64,000 nucleotides of DNA. It comes from Pseudomonadota bacterium (lineage in GTDB: Bacteria > Myxococcota > JACRCW01 > JAFGSX01). Below, piece after piece: positions 56,997 through 64,000 of this stretch. Under the pieces are notes generated by a model that was not told the DNA's origin, ran no database searches, and saw only the letters and a list, made by a program, of their open reading frames with translations. The position numbers were made by a program, and so were the translations under genes. Within the stretch, counting starts at the first letter, position 1. Each line of letters opens with the position of its first letter. The stretch is from assembly GCA_043821645.1 (NCBI GenBank), contig JBDRCO010000111.1:81445-145444 (forward strand), read 5' to 3'.

Positions 56997-58319
56997 ATGG
57001 CAGGCACCAAGAAAACGTTCGAGCTGGTCTGGACGGCGCTGCCGGCATGGATTCGCTCGGTCCTGACGGTCAGTGCCTTCTTGCTGGCGCTCGACCTGTT
57101 CTTCGTCGCCATCAGCCTCCTCGGGGCTTTCAAGTCGCTGGGCTCCGGCCTGGGACACGACCTCATCGTCGAGCTGGCTGCGAATCCCATCCTGGGCTTG
57201 GTGGTCGGCATCCTGGTGACCTCGGTGGTGCAGAGTTCGTCGTCCACCACCTCGCTGGTGGTGGGCCTGGTCGCCGCGGGCACTCTTGGCGATGACCCGG
57301 TGCACGCGGTGCGGGTGGCTGTGCCCATCGTGATGGGCGCCAACATCGGCACCTCGGTGACCAACATCCTGGTGTCCTTCGGTCACGTGGGCGACCGCCG
57401 CGAGTTCGAGCGCGCCTTTGCGGCGGCGACGGTGCATGACTTTTTCAACGTGCTGTCCGTGATCGTGTTGCTGCCGCTGCAGATCGCCACCAACTTCCTG
57501 GGACGGCTGTCGATGGCAGCGGTGGACCTGTTCTCGCGTGCCGGGGGGCTGAGCTTCGCGAGCCCGCTCAAGCTCCTGGTCAAGCCCCAGCAACACCTGG
57601 TCAGCAGCATCCTCGACAACCACTGGGCCGCGGCGTGGATCGTGTGCACCACCCTGGCTGGCCTGGTGCTAGTGGCCCTGCAGCACGTGCTCAAGCGCGC
57701 CCTCCTGGGGCAGCCGGCGCGGCTGCAGCAGCTCGGCCTGGTCCTCGCCCTGGGGTCCCTGGCGATGGTCATCGCCGAGGTGCCGGGCCTGCTGCACTCG
57801 AGTGAGCTGGCCACGCTGCTGGTGGCGCTCATCGGACTCTTCACCGCGCTGTGGGCCATGGTGCGCGTGATGCGCGGTGTGGTGCTTGGTCGCATCGAGC
57901 GGCTGTTCCATAACTACATCTTCAAGACGCCAGTTCGAGCCATGGTGCTCGGCTTGCTGTTCACGGCCCTGGTTCAGTCCAGCTCGGTGACAACATCACT
58001 CATCGTGCCCATCGCTGGCGCAGGCTTGCTGACCCTGGAGCAGATCTACCCCTACACCCTGGGCGCCAACGTCGGCACAACGGTGACGGCCATGCTGGCG
58101 GCACTGTCGCTGGGCCAGCCCGCGGCGGTGGCTGTGGCCGCGGCGCACCTGTTCTTCAACCTGCTTGGCATCGCCATCTTCTATCCGCTGCGCCGCCTCC
58201 CCATTTTCCTGGCGCGGCGGCTGGCCGCGCTCTCCGTGGTGTTCCCGCCGACAGCCCCGCTGTTCGTGGCGGTGGTGTTCTTCATCGTGCCCATCGTGCT
58301 CATCGCCATCGTGCGTTGA
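56997..58319 (+). CDS. Na+/Pi cotransporter (NptA/SLC34 family)
   Basis: Two QSSS.TTS...GAN(I/V)GT repeats and multiple TM helices. Confidence 0.93.
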   Translation: MAGTKKTFELVWTALPAWIRSVLTVSAFLLALDLFFVAISLLGAFKSLGSGLGHDLIVELAANPILGLVVGILVTSVVQSSSSTTSLVVGLVAAGTLGDDPVHAVRVAVPIVMGANIGTSVTNILVSFGHVGDRREFERAFAAATVHDFFNVLSVIVLLPLQIATNFLGRLSMAAVDLFSRAGGLSFASPLKLLVKPQQHLVSSILDNHWAAAWIVCTTLAGLVLVALQHVLKRALLGQPARLQQLGLVLALGSLAMVIAEVPGLLHSSELATLLVALIGLFTALWAMVRVMRGVVLGRIERLFHNYIFKTPVRAMVLGLLFTALVQSSSVTTSLIVPIAGAGLLTLEQIYPYTLGANVGTTVTAMLAALSLGQPAAVAVAAAHLFFNLLGIAIFYPLRRLPIFLARRLAALSVVFPPTAPLFVAVVFFIVPIVLIAIVR

Positions 58320-58344
58320 CGCCGCCGGCACAGAGGTCAGGCAG

Positions 58345-59022
58345 ATGCTCGAGCGCATGTGGAAGCTGATGCAGGAACAGGACAACCTGGTGATCGAGGC
58401 GCGACGGCGGGCGGTGGCCATGCTGCGCACCACCCAGCAGATGTTCGAGAACGTGATCAAGGCCATGCGGGACGGGCCTGGAGCGGGACATCGCGGCCGG
58501 GTACGCGACATCGACAAGGAGATCAACCGCGAGCAGCGCGAGGTTCGTCGCATGGTGTTCGAGCACCTCGTGCTGTCGTCGGGCCGTGACCTGCTCGAGG
58601 GCCTGCGCCTGGTCACCGTGGTCATCGACATCGAGCGCATCGGCGACTACAGCAAGAACATCGAGGAGCTGTTCGAGATGTTCCCGCAAGGCTTCGACCT
58701 GGGCGAGGATCGCGAGCAGGTGGCGGCCATCGAAGCCCGCGCCCTCGAAGGCTTCGGCGCTTGCATCCAGGCCTTCGAGAGTGGCGACGAGGCTGCGGCC
58801 CAGCGCACCATCGCGGCCTACGACGAGGTGGCGCGGTATTGCGAGCTGCACCTGCGCAAGGTCATGCTGGGCAATCAGGACGACGCTTGCATTGACCGCA
58901 ATGTCATGGGCGCGGTGCTGCTAATGCGCTACCTCAAGCGCACCTGCGGCCACCTCAAGAACATCGCCTCGGCGATGATCAACCCCTTCGATCGGATTGG
59001 CTTCAGGGTCGGGATCGACTGA
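58345..59022 (+). CDS. PhoU-domain protein
   Basis: DKEIN..REVRR, DIERIGDYSKN and RYLKR...H..NIA motifs. Lies next to the Pi transporter. Confidence 0.88.
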   Translation: MLERMWKLMQEQDNLVIEARRRAVAMLRTTQQMFENVIKAMRDGPGAGHRGRVRDIDKEINREQREVRRMVFEHLVLSSGRDLLEGLRLVTVVIDIERIGDYSKNIEELFEMFPQGFDLGEDREQVAAIEARALEGFGACIQAFESGDEAAAQRTIAAYDEVARYCELHLRKVMLGNQDDACIDRNVMGAVLLMRYLKRTCGHLKNIASAMINPFDRIGFRVGID

Positions 59023-59201
59023 GCCGAGTTCACCTCTTTCGACAATTGAGCCCCGTTGCGAGCAGGTGCGGGCCCTCGTTGGTCCTCCAGCGCAAGGTCG
59101 ACGCAGTCCAGGGGCGGGAGTTCCCTCCCGGTGGGCGGTGATACGGGGGCCATCGCGGGACCTCCCGTGTGGTCGTCAAAGGGGGAAGGGGACAGATAGG
59201 A

Positions 59202-61055
59202 TCAGAACGTGATGGCCAGCGGCGTCTTGTCGCCCCGCTTGAGGACCTCGGCCTTGGGGCGGCACAGGCTCAGGCCGCGCGCGGCATAGAACTTGGCAAC
59301 CTTGATCTTGCCGTCGTAGAACTTGGCGTCGCCATTGTCCTCGCACAGTGTGGCCAGGGCCTTGGCGTCGGCCATGTCCACCTTCTTGTCGGCGCACAGC
59401 GCCTTGAGCTTGGGGTAGCACAGCGCGGCTTGCTCGAGCAGCAGCCAGCCCAGCACCACCTGGCCGAACAAGTCGAGATAGGGCGTGGCGTTGAGCACGG
59501 GCACCAGCGGATCCTTGGCGCCCTTGCTGGCGAAGTACATGGAGGCGTCGGCCAGGGCATCGCGCGCCTCGGCGAGCAGCTTGAAGTCCTCGGCCAGCAC
59601 CTCATGCTTGGCATTGGCGTCGATGAGCTCGTTCATGAAAGTGGCCAGGGTCATCAGGTTCATGCCGCCCTTGGCTGGCAGCTTGCGGCCCATCAGGTCC
59701 AGGGCTTGGATGCCGTTGGTTCCCTCGTAGATGGACGCGATCTTGTTGTCGCGCAGGTACTGCTCCACCGGGTACTCGCCGATGTAACCGTAGCCGCCCA
59801 GGGTCTGCAGGCTGAGTTCGGTGCAGCGGAAGCCGATGTCGGAGCAGTAGGCCTTGCACACCGGAGTCAGGATTTCGACCAGGCCCTGGTACTTGTCCTT
59901 CTCGGCAGCGTCCTGGGTGTGAGCGGCCATGTCCTCGAAGGCGGCGGTACGGATGAGCAGGGCGCGGCAGCCTTCGGACCAGGCCTTCTGCCACATCAGC
60001 ATCTGCCGGATGTCGGGGTGGTTGATGATGGCGGTCGCCGGTGCGTCGTCGTCCTTCATCTGCAGGATGTGTTTCCCTTGCACGCGCTCCTTGGCGTAGT
60101 TGAGTGCGAACTGGTAGGCGGCGTTGGCCAGGGCCGCGCCCTGAAGTCCCACCGAGATGCGGGCCTCGTTCATCATCTGGAACATGGCGCGCATGCCCTT
60201 GTTCTCCTCGCCGAGGAGATAGCCGTGGCAGCCGCCGTTCTCACCGAATACCAGGGTGCACGTGGGCGAGCCGTGGATGCCCATCTTGTGCTCGATGCCG
60301 GTGCAGCGCACGTCGTTGGGCTCGCCGAGGCTGCCGTCGGGCTTGACACGGACCTTGGGCACCAGGAACAGCGAGATGCCCTTGGTACCGGCGGGCGCAC
60401 CCTCGATGCGAGCCAGCACCGCGTGGCAAATGTTGTCGGTCAGGTCCTGGTCGCCGGCCGAGATGAAGATCTTCTCGCCCTCGATCAGGTAGTGGTCACC
60501 TTCTTTGCGGGCACGGGTCTTGAGCGCGCCCACGTCGGAGCCGGCGCCGGACTCGGTCAGGCACATGGTGCCAGCCCAGGTTCCCGTGTACATGTTCTGC
60601 AGGTAGATCTTCTTGAGCTCGTCGCTGCCGAAGCTCTCGACCAGGTGCGCGGCGCCCGTCGTCAACAGGGCGTTGAGGCAGAACGACAGGCAGGCGCCAA
60701 AGAAGTAGTCGTTGCACGCCAGGTGCACGGCGTAGGGCATGCCCTGGCCGCCGAAGTCGGGCGTGTTGGACATGGCGAGCCAGCCGTTCTCGCAGAACTG
60801 CTTGTAGGTCTCGTGGAACATGGGCGGCACTTTGACCTGGCTGGTCTTCTTGTCGTAGGTCGCGCCCACGCGATCCGACTCGACATTCATCGGTGCCATC
60901 TGGTTCTTGGCGAACTTGAAGGCCTCGTCGACCACGGCCTCGATGGTGTCACGGTCAAAATCCTTGAAGGCGGGCAGGGCGAGGATCTTGTCCAGCTGGG
61001 CCTGTTCGAACAGCACGAACTTGAGGTCTCGAGTGTCGGCGTAGAATTCGGGCAT
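59202..61055 (-). CDS. Acyl-CoA dehydrogenase (long type with C-terminal extension)
   Basis: GTMCLTESGAGSDVG, GEKIFIS, EHKMGIHGSPTC, GGYGY and IYEGTNGIQALDL motifs. AAGGAG RBS. Confidence 0.95.
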   Translation of the reverse strand: MPEFYADTRDLKFVLFEQAQLDKILALPAFKDFDRDTIEAVVDEAFKFAKNQMAPMNVESDRVGATYDKKTSQVKVPPMFHETYKQFCENGWLAMSNTPDFGGQGMPYAVHLACNDYFFGACLSFCLNALLTTGAAHLVESFGSDELKKIYLQNMYTGTWAGTMCLTESGAGSDVGALKTRARKEGDHYLIEGEKIFISAGDQDLTDNICHAVLARIEGAPAGTKGISLFLVPKVRVKPDGSLGEPNDVRCTGIEHKMGIHGSPTCTLVFGENGGCHGYLLGEENKGMRAMFQMMNEARISVGLQGAALANAAYQFALNYAKERVQGKHILQMKDDDAPATAIINHPDIRQMLMWQKAWSEGCRALLIRTAAFEDMAAHTQDAAEKDKYQGLVEILTPVCKAYCSDIGFRCTELSLQTLGGYGYIGEYPVEQYLRDNKIASIYEGTNGIQALDLMGRKLPAKGGMNLMTLATFMNELIDANAKHEVLAEDFKLLAEARDALADASMYFASKGAKDPLVPVLNATPYLDLFGQVVLGWLLLEQAALCYPKLKALCADKKVDMADAKALATLCEDNGDAKFYDGKIKVAKFYAARGLSLCRPKAEVLKRGDKTPLAITF

Positions 61056-61215
61056 GGGGATCTCCTTTCGAGGTGCCGCTGGTCTATCACGCAGTGCGCC
61101 ATAATGCCAGTGACACAGCGCGTAATGCTGCGCCACAGCGCGGAGTTGAGGTGTGGAACCGGATCCGCCCGTGGTACAGTTCGCCGCGCCCGAGGCATGA
61201 AACAGGAGTCTCGTC

Positions 61216-62145
61216 ATGAGCAGTTCGCTGTCCCGCCTCTCCACGACCGTGCTGGTCGCGGCCGTGCTGACCCCTCTGCTGCTCCAGGCCCAGAAGCCCG
61301 CGCCGGCAGCCTCTCAGCCAGCCAGCCCGGACTCGCGCTTTCGCTGGGGTTTCGTCAAGAACCAGCCCTTGAAGTACAGCCTCAAGCAGACCGTGAGCGT
61401 GCGCGGCGGCGTGCCCGGGAACGAGACACGGCCTCCCATGAACATCGAGGGGAGTTTCGAGATCCTGCCGGTGTCGCGTACCACCGCGCACGTGATCATG
61501 CTGGCAGAGCTGCAGTTGCCGCCCACGCCTGCTGCCCCGGCCGAACCTGCCTCGTCTTGTTCGTGTCGACGGGTGAGCACGCCACCCAAACCCGCAACGA
61601 CACCACCACCACCGGCGTTGCCACGCAGCTTGCAGGCGCGCTTCAACCTCGAGGCCGACGGAAGCCTGAGGGGGATGGCCATGAACGCCGGCGGCCAGAC
61701 CGAACTTCTGGCGCGCCTTTTGCTGCCGCTACCGACCCGTGACCTCAACCCTGGCGAGAGCGACATCGCGGACATCGACGCACCGCCGGTGGCAGATCGC
61801 ATGGGGTTGCTGGGCAAGCGAACCATCACCTATGTCGAGAACAGGATCGTCGACGGCCATACCTTGGCCGTGCTGCGCACCCAGGTCGAGATGAAGGGCG
61901 AGGCCCATCCGGGCGCTGGCCATGACGAGCCCGGTCATCCGCCCAAGGGGCCAGAGGGCAGCATGGAACTCAAGGCCGAGGGCGAGGGTCTGTTCGACCT
62001 CACGGCTGGCCACTACACGCGCTCCAGCTCCAGCGTGCGACTGCAGATCCAGACCACTCGCACGGTCAACGGCGTCAAGCAGGCCCTGTCGGTGGAGCAG
62101 CAACAGGATACGCGGATCGAACTCGTCGAGAGCACGACACCTTGA
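61216..62145 (+). CDS. Exported beta-rich hypothetical protein
   Basis: AGGAG RBS, signal peptide and a G.G.FD...G pattern. Confidence 0.65.
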   Translation: MSSSLSRLSTTVLVAAVLTPLLLQAQKPAPAASQPASPDSRFRWGFVKNQPLKYSLKQTVSVRGGVPGNETRPPMNIEGSFEILPVSRTTAHVIMLAELQLPPTPAAPAEPASSCSCRRVSTPPKPATTPPPPALPRSLQARFNLEADGSLRGMAMNAGGQTELLARLLLPLPTRDLNPGESDIADIDAPPVADRMGLLGKRTITYVENRIVDGHTLAVLRTQVEMKGEAHPGAGHDEPGHPPKGPEGSMELKAEGEGLFDLTAGHYTRSSSSVRLQIQTTRTVNGVKQALSVEQQQDTRIELVESTTP

Positions 62146-63569
62146 GAAGGAGGGTCCCGGTTCGCGGTTCCGGGTTCCTGGTCGGGAGCTGCAGTTTCCG
62201 CGTTCCACGATCCCTGGTCCTGGTTGGGTGGTGCGCTCTGCTGGGCGGTGCGCTGGTCGTGGGATGTGGGCCGACGTCGCTTGCTGGTCAGGACGCTGCA
62301 GCGGGGGATGGCAGCGTTCCGGATGGCAGAGAGCGAGACGCGGGGCTGGTCGATCATCTTCTTGCCGACGGAATGATAACGGACCTGCAGCGGCTGGACT
62401 CGGCTTGGGTAGACGGTGAGGTGCTCGATCTTGAGAGCACTCTGGACGCTGCGAGATCTCCGGATGTGGCGGCCGCGGTCGACGTGGCGGTGTACGACGC
62501 CGGGAGTTTCACGCGCTGGATCGGCGAGGCCTGCGCGACGTCGCTGGAATGCGACTACGCCGGTGGGCTGTGCTTGACCGAGGGCTTTCCCGACGGACTG
62601 TGTTCACTCGGTTGCACACGGCTGTGTCCGGACTCAGTGGATCCGTCGGATCCGGTCACCTTCTGCATCGCTGATCCTGTGAACCTGGATCAGGGTGTCT
62701 GCGTATCGCGCTGCGACTTCTCGCTGTTCGCTGGCGGTTGCCGCCAGGGGTACGCGTGCACCAGCCGGCCTCGGTTCAGCGAGGCCTCGACGCTGCGCGA
62801 GGTGTGCCTGCCACCAGAGTTGATCCCCGACGCCGGAGTAGCTGAAAGCGGCTTCGTCGACGCCGCGGCCTGCGATCCGCAAGCACAGGTCCTGCCCAAC
62901 GCAGGATTGGGTGAGCCCGCCGGGCAGGGTGGCTGCGCACCAGGCATGGCGCTGACCAACCTCGGGGCGTTGTGCATGGACCGCTGGGAGGCCTTCGTGG
63001 TCGAGGTCACCAACTCCGGTGAGCTGGACTGGTCGCCCTACTTCAACCCGGGTACGCGACGCATCCGCGCGAAGAGCGCGCCGGGAGCCGTGCCCCAGGG
63101 CTACATCACGGAGATCCAGGCCGCTGCCGCGTGCCTCGAGGCGGGCAAACATCTGTGCTCGCGCACCGAGTGGGAGCTGGCCTGTCGCGGTGCTGCGGGC
63201 AACTCCTACCCTTACGGAAGCACGCGCCAGGACGGCCTGTGCAACGACGCGCGGAGCGTGCACCCGGCCATCGAATATTTCGGTACCAGCGACGCCTGGA
63301 TCTGGAGCGAGTTGGGCAACGCCTGCCTCAACCAGCTACACGACGGACTGGCGCGCACTGGCCAGCATCCGGGCTGCGTGACCTCCGATGGCATCTTGGA
63401 CCTGATGGGAAACTTGCACGAGTGGGTCGATGACCCGGCAGGTACCTTCAAGGGCGGCTTCTACGTCGACACTGTGATCAACGGCGAGGGTTGTCTCTAC
63501 ACCACTACTGCTCACGACGTGTCGCACTGGGACTACTCGACCGGGTTCAGGTGCTGCGCTACGCCGTGA
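62142..63569 (+). CDS. Cys-rich lipoprotein with an FGE-sulfatase (SUMF1-like) domain
   Basis: Lipobox VVG-C. CMDRWE, GKHLC...EWE.AC.G, YPYG, DLMGNLHEWV and GFRCC motifs. Start uncertain. Confidence 0.82.
   Translation: MRRRVPVRGSGFLVGSCSFRVPRSLVLVGWCALLGGALVVGCGPTSLAGQDAAAGDGSVPDGRERDAGLVDHLLADGMITDLQRLDSAWVDGEVLDLESTLDAARSPDVAAAVDVAVYDAGSFTRWIGEACATSLECDYAGGLCLTEGFPDGLCSLGCTRLCPDSVDPSDPVTFCIADPVNLDQGVCVSRCDFSLFAGGCRQGYACTSRPRFSEASTLREVCLPPELIPDAGVAESGFVDAAACDPQAQVLPNAGLGEPAGQGGCAPGMALTNLGALCMDRWEAFVVEVTNSGELDWSPYFNPGTRRIRAKSAPGAVPQGYITEIQAAAACLEAGKHLCSRTEWELACRGAAGNSYPYGSTRQDGLCNDARSVHPAIEYFGTSDAWIWSELGNACLNQLHDGLARTGQHPGCVTSDGILDLMGNLHEWVDDPAGTFKGGFYVDTVINGEGCLYTTTAHDVSHWDYSTGFRCCATP
62154..62222. 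repeat. Degenerate heptamer repeat (TTCCnGG-like)
   Basis: GTCCCGG TTCGCGG TTCCGGG TTCCTGG ... TTCCGCG TTCCACG. Confidence 0.65.
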
Positions 63570-64000
63570 AAAAGACAGAGGAGTGGAGGAGGAGAGAGGA
63601 GAGGGACAGAGCCGAGGCGCAAAAGATTCAATACGTTACCCGCGGCTTCCTCAAAAAAGGGGCTGTATCGCCACACACCGGTGTCGGGACTGGCTTCACG
63701 ATGCCTTTGACTCTAGTTTTCAGCGAGTGGAGTCAGTCATGATCCCACAGCGGGGCGGGCCGCGATTCCAGTATTAACGCTGCGCCCAGGCCATCTGTAT
63801 AGCGAGTGAAAACTCCTGCATTTTGTGAAGGCTTCAGCTGTGGTCAGGACGGCGGTTGACCCCGCGCATGCAGCGAGGCCTGCAAAGACATGTGACGTGC
63901 CTGCTGCCATGAACGACTTCCCGAGAAGTAAACGTCGACCAGATCGGGGCGTCGGCGCAGGTCCAAGGAAGACCGAATGATTCCGAATAAAGCCACGTAG

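Noticed and set aside
63570..63625. Purine-rich GAGGAG tract
   Set aside because: Short low-complexity sequence with no supportable function.
63659..63870. tmRNA, cobalamin riboswitch or SRP assignment for the terminal region
   Set aside because: Only short partial matches (GGGGCTG; GGACGGCGGTT; GAAGCCAG). There is no TTCGA T-loop with CCA end, no complete B12 box and no suitably oriented downstream gene.
63844..64000. Possible 3' end of a minus-strand gene (…YVALFGIIRSSLDLRRRPDLVDVYF…*)
   Set aside because: Truncated by the window edge. Several frames are open and no motif is recognisable.

Overview
A high-GC bacterial window that looks like Myxococcota/Deltaproteobacteria. The basis is a MYXO-CTERM-like tail, many Cys-rich lipoproteins, a Ser/Thr kinase with a PEGA domain and a CHASE2 adenylate cyclase. 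Housekeeping genes are the queC 3' end, DUF34/Nif3, maf-yggS-divIVA-yggU, nadB, tsaC, a wcaJ-like gene, a serA-like gene, Na/Pi cotransporter-phoU, an acyl-CoA dehydrogenase, tRNA-Asp(GTC) and tRNA-Ala(CGC). These are interleaved with a dense set of cell-surface proteins: three ASH/choice-of-anchor-D repeat lipoproteins (one with a VWA domain and a YfaP-like partner), a 2066-aa invasin/TSP3 adhesin, a CUB-emfourin-follistatin/Kazal-CUB lipoprotein, GH31-CBM20 and beta-helix proteins. I saw no CRISPR array, integrase, transposase or prophage gene. The most notable observations are: (1) a divergent pair of apparent pseudoenzymes (PurN-like and DUF2064-like) at the head of an adenylate cyclase gene that has a poly-C frameshift; (2) the ASH/VWA/YfaP surface module; (3) a eukaryote-like multi-inhibitor lipoprotein; (4) two small ORFs missing from the ORF track; (5) a candidate ~190-nt structured RNA at the end of the window. 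All calls come from recognising motifs by eye; no database searches were run.
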